DNA of 64,000 nt from Octopus bimaculoides (Eukaryota): NCBI RefSeq assembly GCF_001194135.2, contig NC_068992.1, positions 27,491,128-27,555,127 on the forward strand, given 5' to 3'. The translations under genes were made by a program, and so were the position numbers. The notes beneath the pieces are model-generated. The model had not been told where the DNA came from and did no database searches. It worked only from the letters and a program-made list of their open reading frames with translations. Within the stretch, counting starts at the first letter, position 1. Each line of letters starts with the position of its first letter. Positions 38,934 to 51,244 of the stretch are shown here, piece by piece.

Positions 38934-38980
38934 CTTTTGATTTTTTGAGGAGATATTCACATCAGCAGGGCAGCTGACAC
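38934..38980 (-). CDS. Candidate exon (47 bp, phase 1 to 0)
   Basis: gtattatcacag acceptor, aag|gtaaaa donor, single open frame VSCPADVNISSKNQK. Confidence 0.2.
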
Positions 38981-40134
38981 CTGTGATAATACACATTTTT
39001 TTTGTTTATCCCAAACAACAAAATCTGGTCTATTATGTTTGCACATAATGTTCCAATAATATTCTTTATGTTGATGTTTATGCGTGTATTCAATAACTAG
39101 GGGATTGATTGTCTATATTTATCACAGTAGAATCTTTTTTTCAGATGGCATAGTACATTGTTTTAACAACAATGTTATATCTCATTAAGATGTAGCATAG
39201 TGAGGACATTTTTAGGCAGCTGCTAATCATATGTGATGTCTCCCACAGAAATGCAATGTAATCAACAATTTTTGTTGCATCTTGGGGTTTAAGAGCTTCA
39301 CTGACTCTTTTGGTATTTTGAAACAATCTTCTGCTCTTGTATTATAAACACAGCTTTCAATGTGTGATGTAGCAGTCATGGGTCCAAGAAAGGCTGTCAG
39401 CATAAGTATCATCTTCAAGTCTCCAAGAAACATAACCAATCAGTCTTTTTTGCTTTTGGTATGATGAGTGTTTTACATCCAGGCCACATTTGAGGTATAT
39501 TAGTCTAGCTGTTTTGAAGTTGTATGGAGGTCATTGGGAAGAGAGTGCTTCCTGAGGAGCCCACTGCCAACTTGAAGGATGTTGTTCTTTTCTCTTTTCA
39601 CCACTAGGTTTATATACTGCTGCTATGTTTAGCAGGTCGTGTCTGAAAGATTCTATATGACATTCGAAAACTGTCTGCACTAATCTCAAGCCTCTACTTC
39701 CTACATCTCTTTTTAGGTGGAACCTGTCACTATCACAGTTTCTGTGGAAGTCTGCAGTTGATGTCAGGATCTTGCAGGTTTTAATGTTTATGGAGTGAAT
39801 TTCCTCTACAGAGCAGAGAAGTAGCCCAAATGTTGATATCAGCACTGGTACAGCAAATTCATTGTGGAATATTCTTGTGCCACAATATTCTGGTGTAATA
39901 TCTTTGAGTCACTACCTTTGTTCCCAGTACCATCAAATGTTTTTATCAATGCCTTGGTATTTGTGGCATTTTTTATGTGAAACAAGAGACAGAGAGGGAG
40001 GGATGTACAGGTTCTGGATTTGTGGGGACTGTTTTTCACATTTAACAATCAAACACAAACATTTTTTGCAGCCAAATTCCATTTCTATGTCAGCTGAAAT
40101 TGTTGTAATTAACCCCTGCTGTCTTTTGATATTC

Positions 40135-40530
40135 TTTTATTTGTTTCAATCATTTGAGTGCGGCTATGCTGGAGCACCACTTTGAAGTGTTTTTGTCAAA
40201 CAATTAGACCTCAGGACTTCTTTTTAAGCCTAGTACTTATTGTAACAGTTTCTTGGCCAAACTGCTAAGTTACAGGGACATAAACACACCAACACTGGTT
40301 GTCAAGCAATGATGGGGAGACAGACACAGATACACACAGACAGACGTATACATATATATATATATATATATGATAGGTTCCTTTCAGTTTCCGTCCACGA
40401 AGTTCCCTCACAAGGCTTTGGTCAGCCTGAGACTATAGCAAAAGACGCTTGCCCAAAGTGCCATGCAGTGGCACTGAACCTAGAACCATGTGGTTGGGAA
40501 GCAAGCTTCTTACCTACCACACACAGCCAC
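40135..40530 (-). mobile_element. SINE family B, full length, nested in the R4/Dong remnant
   Basis: Tail, body, (TA)n linker and CORE head are all present. Confidence 0.9.
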
Positions 40531-41129
40531 ACATATACGTTTTTAGCATAGCTCTTCAGGTAATCCACAAAAAAATTATGGGTTACAGTGGTATCTCTAG
40601 CACTTGCAGATGCTATGTAGTCATTGGGTTTTTGCAAAAGAAATGATAACAGATGTTATGCAAAATGAACAGAAGTCAGAAAGATTACCTCCTTGGAATA
40701 TTCCCTTTGAAATATTTATAACATCATCCTACTTTCAATTGCACCTGTGAGGATTGTTGCCCAGATCTCTGTGAGCCTCTCAATGGCAGTAGCTAAAGCA
40801 ACAGGTACTTCTGTTAACTATAGAGATTTCAGCAACCATGGGTATGGAACAGACGCAAATGCTTTCCTTATAATCAAGCCACACTGTGACAAGGTTTCTA
40901 TAGTGTTTCCTTGCTTCAGACAGCACAGCTTTGTTTATCAAAAGTTGTTCAGAATCTCCTCATGCTTCCCTTTTCCTACATGCCTACTAATCAGTCTCTA
41001 TGTTGTTGGACTCACAACGATCCTGGAGGAATTGGTTGAGACTGTTTGTGTAAAGCTTGTACATAAGGTTTAGCCAAGCAGTGATAGGCCTATAATTTTC
41101 TACAAACATGGTGGTTCATTCTTGGCTAC

Positions 41130-41337
41130 AATACTCTAGACACAAGGCCCAAAATTTTGGGGCAGGGTCCAGTCAATTAGATTGACTCCAGTACATAACT
41201 GGTACTTAATTTATCGACTCCAGAAGGATGAAAGGCGAAGTCAACCTCAATGGAATTTGAACTCAGAACATAAAGACAGACAAAATACCACTAAGTATTC
41301 TGCCTGGCACGCTAACATTTCTGCCAGCTCGCCACCT
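41130..41337 (-). mobile_element. SINE family A nested in the R4/Dong remnant
   Basis: Full family A sequence. Confidence 0.9.
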
Positions 41338-42919
41338 ATTTGAATATTCATGTTGAAGGTTCTTTGTAGAAAGTCAGCCTCTTGAAGCAATATTCAACTA
41401 TTAGGCCTCTTCCAAGTGCCTTCATATTATGTAGTTTCAGGGTCGATTGTGTGTGTTTTACTGTTGATGTTGGTGTTATCTCTCTTTTCATTCCAGATCT
41501 TAAACCATAATAATTCTTGACCTTCTTGAGAAGGGGCTTTCTTAATGGTAATAATTTCTTCTTCATCTCTTGATATCTCTTACCTATGAATTGAAAAAAA
41601 AATTGTGATTTATACTGGCTCACTCAAATATTTTTCTATGATAATGAAGTTTTTCATTCAGTATCTTAAGTTCATGCTTTTAATAAGCCAGCTTTTCCTC
41701 AAGAGTTTGGTATGAAGAATAGTCATAGGTTTTTGTTATTTTTTGCATGAGATGTAAATGGGGAGGTGTGAACACATTATTCCTCTAACATTTTATTATT
41801 GTGGTTAACTATCCACTATAGTGGCACAGGTTGATTATGCTTTCTTCAAGTTTTGTTAGCCATTTGGGTTGCTTTCATTTGGCATGTGCATAGCAGATTA
41901 CTTCTAGGTTTTCTTTAAGAATAATAGCAGCTGTGTGTAGGAAGGTATTATTCATCCAGTAATTAACATTATATGATTATATGTGTTTTCCAGCAACATC
42001 ATCAGTAACTTTAAACATGATAACAGTTGGCTTTTTTTAAATATTGTTAAGAATAGCCTGTTGTTCAATGACAGCTTACATGAACTGGAAAAATGTTTTA
42101 CAAACTGTGGTTTCAAAATTTTCTTATGTTGAATATATTCTCAGTCATCTCTCCTGAATCAGTTAAAAAAGGTGCCATACAGGAATTTAGTGATGGCATC
42201 AGCAGTTTTTTTACATTATTTTTGATCTCTCTTATGGCAGATTTTGGCCAGTTCTGAAGATTTTGAGATGGTTGATTGGCATCATAAAATTTGAAATAAC
42301 AATTACTTTCGGTGACAGCCACTTTTTCCTGTAAAGAAAGATGCTTGTTGCAGAAGCTGTTTTATTACCATGAAATAGTTTAAGTTTGGGTGAGTTTCAT
42401 CCCAGTATTTTTCTATCCGCTTAATATGGTCAATGAAAGAGTCATCACAGACATTTTCACACAACCAAAGTAGAGCTTGATTTAAGTGTAAAGAACAAGT
42501 GAAGTGAGAAGAGAACTTATGTCATCTTAAATAACTTAGGTGTTGTAGTACTGCTTGTTTTGGTAATGGTATTGGTGTTATTGTTCTTAGCCTTGACTGT
42601 ACAAGCAAACTTCCACTTGGTGTAAGAAATATTTTGTAATATAGTCTGAATAATGTAAAGCTGATAAGTAAAAAATAGTGTTATGCTTATTATAAGAGAA
42701 ATAAACAAGTTACTGATTTAGACTGGAGAAGTAGAAAATGTTCAAAATCATAGAAAACACTCAAAAAGTCATTTTTACATAACTGCACATCTGATATTGA
42801 CAGTGCCATGTATATATGCATATATGAAGGTAGGTAGGTATTTATATATGCTTATATATTTAGTATTCATGTGTCTCTCAACTACAAAATCTATGATCCT
42901 ATTTGTATGTTACAGTATA

Positions 42920-44205
42920 CTAGTGGGTGTTCATTAAAGATTTCCTCTGACCCACGTCCGGTTATTGCAGGAAATGGAACTTCTACAGGTATAATTATGT
43001 CTCTACATGTCACATTGTAAATTTCAGCTTTCCACTAGTATTCATTTGCCTTTTACAGCTGAAGTGGACTAAAGTGTTACAATGGAGGCAGCTGAATGCA
43101 AATCAGTGATCAGGTTCTTATACTTGAAAGGTTGTACACCAAAAGAGACTTTCGATGAGATGAAAGAAGTTTATCATGATGATGCACTATCATACAACAT
43201 AGTCAAGCACTGGCATCACCAGTTCAAATGTGGTTGGAACATTGGTGAAAACTGCTCCTATTCCTGGATGAACACATTCCGCCATTGATGACAACACCAT
43301 CTATGAAGTGGAAGCTGCCATTTTGGAGGATCACAGCATAACTATTTGGCAACCAACCCAAGAAGTGAAGATATGTGTAGGGTCCATGGTAAAATCATTC
43401 CAGACCATTTGTACATGTAGAAGTTGTCTGCTTGATGGATTCCCTGAATGCTCACACCTTTTCAGAAGCAGGAACAAGTCAATTATTCCCAAGCTCTTTT
43501 GGCAATGTGCCAAGAAAACACGAAGGACTTTTTCAGCAGACTTATCACACAGGATGAAACATGGGCCCATCACTATGATCCTGAGACTAGAGTCGAGTCG
43601 AGGCAATAGAAGTATGATAACTCACCTCCTCCAAAGAAGGGTCATGTCCAACTCTCTGTAGGCAAGGTGATGCTCAGAGTCTTTTGGGACCAGTTCAGAG
43701 TAGTGATGATGGGTTTTCTGGCAAAGGACACCACTATTAATGGGGCATATTTTGCTTCTCTGCAGTAGAAATTGCAGGATGCCATCAAAGAAGAGAGGCA
43801 TGGTATGCTGACCAAAGGAGACCACCTCCAAGACAACACCCCAGTTCACAATGTGCATGTTGCCCAGATGAAAGCACATTCCTGTGGCTATGAAATTCTT
43901 CCTCCTCCCCTTTACTCTCCTGACCTTGCATCATCTGACTTCCACCTCTTTTCAACCATGAAGTCTTTTTTTAAGGGGAAGCACTTTTCAGATGATGATG
44001 AACTTATTTTCTGAGGTAAAGTCTTGGTTCCAGATGCAACCTACCGACTTATACAGATGAGGTCTTCACAGGTGTATAATGCGATGGGAAAAGTGTGTCA
44101 TCATTGGTAGTGGTTATGTAGAGAAGGACTAATAATTATGCCAAGTTTTGTTTACCCCAGTCCTTGGAAAGTGGGTCAGGGGAAATCTTTTATGAACACC
44201 CCTCG
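42920..44205 (+). mobile_element. Full-length mariner (~1.29 kb) with disrupted D,D34D transposase
   Basis: TA at both ends; TIRs ctagtgggtgttcattaaagatttcctctgacccac / gtgggtcaggggaaatcttttatgaacacccctcg; ATG 43082 MEAAECKSVIRFL; QDETWAHHYDPET; QDNTPVH..YSPDLASSD with 34 residues between D2 and D3; frameshifts and stops. Confidence 0.95.
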
Positions 44206-44561
44206 TACATATTCAGAATTATTACTTTATTCTGAAATATCTCTAAAAATGAATGTAAATATACAAACAGTAGATATTTGTAATTCTATAACATCCAGAT
44301 TTATAGAAATTTGATTTTATAAATTTCAGTTTATATTAAGATCCCACTACCACCAAAAAAGTTTTTTTAAATAATTTCATCGAATTTATGACTTGTATAC
44401 AAATGTGTCCTTTTATGATCTGAGTTTAAAACCCTCTAGTGTCTATTTGGTTTCATATTTCAAGATTTCAATAAACTAAAGTACAGTCAAATACTGGAAT
44501 CAATTTCAACTGCTTACTTTACTCAAAAATTCTGATCTTAGAAATTCTCTTCCTCCTCCTC

Positions 44562-44593
<32 letters not shown>

Positions 44594-45339
44594 CATTATT
44601 ATTATTAGTAGTAGTAGTATTACTATTATTTGCTTTAGCTGTGGTTGATGTGTTTTCTCTTCATTCTCACTTTAGATTTTACAAAATGGAACTACAAGCA
44701 AAAAATCCCCCCCCCCCACAACATAAAGAGGTAAGTAGTTATTTTATGTTTATTTACTCCAGTTGAAAAAAAAAATACTTTATAAAACCAAAGAAAATCT
44801 TCAACTTATAAATTAATACTATGGCAACTCAATGCAGAAGAGACCACCAAAACACAAATAAAAACAAATATATTTCTACATATAGTAAAATTAAAACAAA
44901 TTCAGTTTTTAAACAGAATACACATAATTCATAAGAAAAAAATTATTTTCTGATAGAAAATATTATTTTGTAGAAACTAAACAAAATAGATAGCCAAATA
45001 AAACAACTATAGCAACACATACACACATTTTGCCAAATGAAAGACAGTGAGAAAATTGAAGTGAGTTATAAAGATACAACCCAACCTCTTCTTTTATTAA
45101 AACAACCTCCAATATAAAGGTTCTAGACAGGAATTTTCAGGTGAAGAAAAAATCTACCTGGCAGCACTATGTAACTAAGGCAGGCACCTCAATCTCTTAA
45201 CAAGAGAGGAAAAAATAACATATTTTCACAAAAGCCATAATTGTATTTTATTGCCATAGAAAAGCAATTGCAGACACTCTGGTTGATATAAATGTGATTT
45301 GTTCATAATGTTGAGGGTTTTTTTGTTTTATTTTCAGAT

Positions 45340-45700
45340 TCAAGGCTAGAAATTTTGTGAGAAAAGTGCTGTTAAATATATTGATCTCAGTACTTGAGTG
45401 GTACTTACTTTATTGGCACCACGGGAAAGAAAGTTACCTTCAGTGAAATTTGAACTCAGATTATAAAGTGCTGCAAATAATGGTTTCTAATTAAGGCACA
45501 AGGCCCGCAATTTTGATGGGAGTGGGAGCTAGCTGATTTCATTTACCCCTACCACCTGATGGCTACTTATTTTATCAATCTTAGAGGAATGAAAGCAAAG
45601 TTGACCTAGACTGAATTTGAACTCAAGACGTTGAGATGGAAGAAATATTATGAAGTATTTAGTCCAATGCTCTAATGATTCTATCAATCCACTACTCTAG
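45340..45700 (-). mobile_element. Two adjacent SINE family A copies (partial 45340-45470; 45482-45700)
   Basis: Two family A cores, each with gaaatttgaactca. Confidence 0.75.
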
Positions 45701-46504
45701 GACTGTAAATAATAATATAATTTATTGTAGTTAAAGAGAAACTGTTAGGTGGAAATATCTTTTAAAACCTATGCACATGGTTTTGATATATAATCTCCCA
45801 TGACTACAATATTCTGTTTCAAATAACAGTAAACACACAAACAAATCTTTAAACAGCTGCAATGGGCATATGAATAAGTAAAAAAATATTGAGTAAGTTG
45901 CATCAGAATGTATCCACAGATTTCCTAGGATGGTTAACTAATTGAACTGAAAGATATACAGAAAAGCAATTAATCCATGAAGAGCATCGTTATCTGTATG
46001 CAAAAAAGAAAGCACAAGCATTTAACAAAAACAACAAAAGGTACAACATACAGCAACAGAAGCAATTAAAAAGATAATAAAATAAATTCATATAACTTGA
46101 AAAGATAAACACTGTATGGGAACTGAAGCATGAACAATCACAAAAACAAATAAACAAACCAGGCTGTGACAAACAGCAGAATTTCACCAGGCTTCAAAAC
46201 TCACACCTGAAAGGAGAAACAGAAAGCCTAATAATTGCATACCAGGATCAGTGTCTCCCCCAAAAATATACTAAAATATGTTGCATGTGTGAGCATTTGA
46301 GAAACCAATGCCTACATCTTTCTTGGAATCTCACTCTGAAATCACCAGAGTACACTTACAAACATGTTAGGAACAGTGAGATTTACAGGAAAAAATACAA
46401 AATAAATAATATATTTGAGAAAAAGTGGTAGATACATACACTTAAAGTGCAGCAAAGTATTAGTACTATTGTTGTTCGGGATACCAGAGATAGATGATAA
46501 GAGA

Positions 46505-46640
46505 TCATCATCATCATCGTTTAAAGTCCGCTTTCTATGCTAGCATGGGTTGGACGATTTGACTGAGGACTGGTGAACCAGATGGCTGCACCAGGCTCCA
46601 ATCTGATCTGGCAGAGTTTCTACAGCTGGATGCCCTTCCT
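46505..46640 (-). mobile_element. RTE 3' tail
   Basis: catcatcatcgtttaaagtccgctttctatgctagcatgggttgg..ctggatgcccttccta. Confidence 0.9.
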
Positions 46641-46954
46641 AGTCCTCATAATACAGGTGGTTATCTCCTTTCATTTATCCAGAGTTTAATACTGATTCAT
46701 GTGACTTTTCCAAGTAATAAGACAATTTTAGTCAATCAGATTAAAAAAGAACTGAATACAAAACCAAAAAATAAAATCAAAATTATGGAATATTAACACA
46801 GTCTTAGTAATCATACACACTCTTAGAGCAAAGCCAAAAATAAAACTAAACTTCTTTCGGAGAATCTGTCCTTGTGTTAACACCAAATGACAGTACTACT
46901 TCAAACACCCTTTTCTAAGGTATAACAGAGCAAATAGAAATTTCAGTTCAATAC

Positions 46955-47053
46955 ATATGGTGAAGAGAGAATCACAGCTGGCTCAGCCAGAGGATGCAGG
47001 CTAACTGGGGAAAATCTACCAAAATTCATATTTCTTCTCAACTGCCTTGAATC
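46955..47053 (-). CDS. Candidate coding exon (99 bp, phase 0 to 0)
   Basis: gcttttttaag acceptor, gtattg donor; DSRQLRRNMNFGRFSPVSLHPLAEPAVILSSPY; in phase with 48799-48869. Confidence 0.35.
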
Positions 47054-47629
47054 CTTAAAAAAGCATTTAACTTTAAATGGTCCAGTTTAAATGTATACCT
47101 TAAACTCTTGTTGCAATTCAGAAATATATTTGTATACAGAACTGTTAACAATCTAATTAAAGTAGTTAAAAATCCCAATAAGAAAGAAATTAATAAAAGT
47201 ATTTCAAAAATACGAAAATCAAAAAAAAAAAAAAAACCATAATATTCATTAAGTTATGAGAAAATGGAAACTAATTATGTCAACTTTAATACTTATTTCG
47301 CCAACTTCATAGGATGAAAATCAAACGTGACCCCCAGTGAAGATACAGCCTAAATTTCAGCTATCTTTGTTCCACTATTGAATGGAACCTCAAAATGTTT
47401 TTGTTAGTTTACCTATACTGGTTGTGGTCCTGTCTGTCCACATACGCCATCTGCTGCTAGAACAGAATGCACTCACAACCAAGTGATTAGTTCCAACCAT
47501 CAGTACCAAAGCAGAATTTCAACCTATTGTGTGAAATGCCTTGAGGTATCTGTTCTGGCTCTTTGCCTACAGAGTTCATCTTAAATATCACAAGGTATTT
47601 TGTCCAGTACTCAACCAATTCTCTTATTT

Positions 47630-47862
47630 CATTATCATCATCATTTAGCACCCACTTTTCCATACTTGCATGAATCAGATGGAACAGAGGCAGATTTTCT
47701 ATGGCTGGTTGTTCCTGTCACTTACCCTCACCTATTTCCAAACAAGGTAGTATTTTCCCATAACAAGACATGTTTTTCACAGAAGACTGAAATGAACAGC
47801 CTCACTTGTTAAAGAATGATTCCCATTTACAACCATCATGTAATACCTACACAAGGGTACAC

Positions 47863-47900
<38 letters not shown>

Positions 47901-48060
47901 ATGGACTTCTTTCAGTTTCTGCCTATCAAATCCATTCACAAGGCTTTGGTCAGTCAAGAGCTATAACAGAAGACATTTACCCAAGGTACCATGCAGTAAG
48001 ACTGAACTGAAGACCACATGGTTGGAAAGCAAGCTTCTTAAACACACGCACCATGCCTGT
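47630..48060 (-). mobile_element. SINE family C, full length
   Basis: RTE-type tail 47630-47830, (CA)n linker, CORE head 47898-48060. Confidence 0.85.
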
Positions 48061-48089
48061 GCCTTTTTATTTAGTGATAAAAGTATTAA

Positions 48090-48290
48090 TGCTTTGTCCA
48101 TTGCACAAAGCCATAAATTTGGGGAAGTAGTTTAGTTGATTTATTCGGATTCAGTACTTCACTGGTATTTATTATGCTTATTTTACCAGCCCTGGGAAGA
48201 TGAAAGAAAAAGTTCAGCCTGATACAATTTAAACTCAGAATGTAAAGACATATAATTTAATCCAACAGTCTACTGAGTTACCACATTTTT
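48090..48290 (-). mobile_element. SINE family A, diverged
   Basis: gcacaaagccataaatttgggg..cagtacttcactggtattt..gaagatgaaag..aatttaaactcagaatgtaaagac. Confidence 0.65.
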
Positions 48291-48798
48291 TACCACTAAC
48301 GATAACAACAACAACAGTGACCATGACAATATCACAAATTATGTGCATGGTGCAATGATCAGTGAGTCAAAAAGCAACCTTCCTACTCAATTCTTTTCAT
48401 TGGTATAAGTAAAATAAATTCCAGCTGTCAAATTAATCTTGTCAAATAATACTTTCTTTTATCACTAATCTGAAAGCAACTAAGATATAAATTCTATTTT
48501 AAATATCAAGCAGCATTTTTGTTGCCAAACAGTCTTTCTCAACTTCAGATATGAAATGAAAGAAAGAAACTGCAGTGCCAAGTAATTATTGTTGTTACTG
48601 CTGTTTAGCTCCATATCAGCCCTGATCAAGATCAGTTACGATCAAAAGACATTTCGACCATGATCATCATGTCTTTTTAGGACTATGTAAGGCCACATCA
48701 TCTATTGTGTCCTTGATTTACTTAAGATTGGAAGGTGTGATTTGAGGGAGATTTGTGCAGGTTCCTTTATTAGCTTATACCTAGTAATCAATATTTAC

Positions 48799-48869
48799 CT
48801 CCTCATAGGTGGCAGCAGTGATATTTCTTTCTGCCAGATCGTTTGAGTACTCAGACAACTTTTTTGTTT
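48799..48869 (-). CDS. Candidate coding exon (71 bp, phase 1 to 0)
   Basis: tgctaatttaaaatctag acceptor, gag|gtaaat donor; TKKLSEYSNDLAERNITAATYEE. Confidence 0.4.
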
Positions 48870-49529
48870 CTAGATTTTAAATTAGCAAATGTCACAAAGT
48901 AAAGTAACCACAAAGTGATATCATGACCTGGTTACAATTAATAACTATAGTCATTTAGTATGCATATGACAACTTGCATTTCTGTTGTAACACCTGAAGC
49001 AAACAGCGCTAATGAATTACTTTAAGATAGATGCCATTGGCTATAAATGATGATGGTCAGTTATGTAACTTTACTTGGATACTGGTTAAAACAACTGAAA
49101 GCCTAGTCTTTGTATAAGTGATTCAAGGGCATAATGTACAAACAGATTCCCTTTAGTTCCTCATAGAAACACTTAACATTGCAAGCCAACAAACACCACT
49201 GTTTTCAGAGAAAAGTTGTACTTAGCCAAATTAAGGAGATTGGAACAGAAATATTTAAGTAATTTTGCTACAGGGATAATACTACACTGATGTCAGTCAG
49301 GATGTAAGCTTCTGGACTCGTGGTTTTCAAACATCCCACCAAATCAACCTTCCTTAGACTTACTTAAAAGTTGGGCCAAGAAATACGGAAACTTTGTTGC
49401 ATATCTATGGAATAAATAATTAGTTTAATAGTCAAAATTAAATTAACCTTCTGTTACCCTATTTCTCTTGAGATATATTGCCTATGCTTTCAAATATATT
49501 TTGAAACTAATCAAGAATTTGGAGAAATG

Positions 49530-50065
49530 TAATCAATTTTTGGGGATGCAAAAGGGCCTATACTGGAATATTACCTGGAAAAGGATCTACAGTCACCAAT
49601 GTAGGCTACAGTGAAATGTTTGCCAACAAACTGAAACCAGTAATTTACACCAGACACAAAGTTTATTGTCAAAGCAAGTGTTATTGTTGCACAACAATGC
49701 ACGCTCATATACAGCTGCCCAGTCCATTAAAACCATTGAAAAACTGGGTTTGAGTTGCTGGAACACCCTGCATACTGTCCAGATCTTGCTGCTCCACCTC
49801 CTTTGACTATCACCTCTTTGGACCACTCAAATATCCTTTATGAGGTTACCAATTTGCTGAAGAAGCACAGGAAGCAGTGCATGAATGGCAGTGCTACCAG
49901 CTGAAAACCTTCTTTGATGGAATAAGCAAGATTGTAGACTACTGGAAGAAGTGCATCAAAAAGCAAGGGGACTGCTAAAAAAATGATGTAATTGTTCGAC
50001 CTCCTGCTTTTGCTTTAATAAATTACAAAAACAAGAGTGCATATAATTTTTTTTACTTCTCCTAG
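49530..50065 (+). mobile_element. Mariner 3' half (second lineage)
   Basis: FWGCKRAY/GPILEYYLEKGSTV..VLLLHNNARSYTAA..LLEHPAYCPDL..FDYHLFGPLK..WKKCIKKQGD; degenerate right TIR ending cctag. Confidence 0.85.
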
Positions 50066-50104
50066 TGTGTGTTATGTATGTATATATATATATATATATA
50101 TTAT

Positions 50105-50295
50105 GATTGACCGTTGACTGAACACTATTCAATTTTTTTTCTCTGTGTTTTTCTCCTTGTCTCCGTATTCTTTCTGTTGAAGAGCGTAGCTCAAAACGTC
50201 AAAGACTTTCCGTATTCCCGAGCGTCATACTAATATATACTTTTGTTATTTACACCACCTGTCCTCGTCTGTTGTTATTTTTTGTATATTCTCCA
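50105..50295 (+). mobile_element. Penelope-like terminal repeat fragment embedded in (TA)n, with degenerate hammerhead motif
   Basis: (TA)n on both sides; tcttt-CTGTTGA-A-GAGC-gta-GCTC-AAAA-CGTC-aaaga at 50169-50205. Confidence 0.5.
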
Positions 50296-50479
50296 TTATA
50301 TATATATANNNNNNNNNNNNNNNNNNNNNNNNNNNNNNNNNNNNNNNNNNNNNNNNNNNNNNNNNNNNNNNNNNNNNNNNNNNNNNNNNNNNNNNNNNNN
50401 NNNNNNNNNNNNNNNNNNNNNNNNNNNNNNNNNNNNNNNNNNNNNNNNNNNNNNNNNNNNNNNNNNNATATATTATATC

Positions 50480-51240
50480 AACATTATCATCTTCATTTAA
50501 CATCCAATTTTCATGCTGGCATGAGTTGGATGGTTTGATCAGGGCTGGCAAGCTAGAAGGCTGCACCAGTCTCCAGTCTGATTTGGCATGGTTTCTACAG
50601 CTGGATGCCCTTCCTAACGCCAACTACTCTGAGAGTGTAATGAGTGCTTTTATGTGCTGCCGGTATGGGTGCCATTTGTGTGACACCAGTATCTGCCATG
50701 ACTGTGATTTTGCTCAGCTTGATGGGTCTTCTTCTCAAGCACGACATAATGCCAAAGGTCTCGGTCATTGCCTCTGTGAGGCAAAACTCTAGAAAGGAGC
50801 TCAGCCACTTTGCTTCTGTGAGGCCCAATGCTCAAAAGGTGCTTTTTAGGTTATGTGACAGTTATGTGACACCAGCATCAGCCATGACAGCAATTTCACT
50901 TGCCAGTGCCGCTTGACTGGCTTCCCATGCTGGTGGCATGTAAAACGCACCATCCAAACATGGTCAATGCCAGCTCCCCACCCCAACTGACTCCTGTGCC
51001 AGTAGCATGTAAAAAGCACCATCCGAACATGGTCAATGTCAGTGCTGCCTGACTGGCTCTTGTGCCGGTGGCACGTAATAAGCACCCACTACACTCTTGG
51101 AGTGGTTGGCGTTAGGAAGGGCCTCTAGTTGTAGAAACACTGCCAGATCAGATTGGAGCCTGGTGAGGCCTCCTGGCTTGCCAGTCTGCAGTCAAACCAT
51201 CCAACCCATGCCAGCATAGGTTAAACAATGATGATGATGA
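50480..51240. mobile_element. Head-to-head pair of RTE 3' ends (minus 50480-50900, plus 50900-51240)
   Basis: Both tails point outward; 50490-50650 is the approximate reverse complement of 51085-51240. Confidence 0.8.
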
Positions 51241-51244
51241 TAAG

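Larger units (their letters stand above)
39150..42480 (-). mobile_element. R4/Dong-like (RLE-type) non-LTR retrotransposon remnant
   Basis: LVTVWLDYK (RT, ~40890); FGLLLCSVEEIHSINIKTCKIL..FHRNCDSDRFHLKRDVGSRGL (cf. DRLYLPRKEGGRGL); SHMISSCLKMSSLCYILMRYNIVVKT (cf. CCHC knuckle region); interrupted by two SINEs. Confidence 0.75.

Noticed and set aside
44676-44730. Plus-strand exon candidate (MELQAKNPPPPQHKE); similar ones at 23400-23451 and 35969-36008
   Set aside because: Phases do not chain, there is a poly-C run, and such sites arise by chance in AT-rich DNA.
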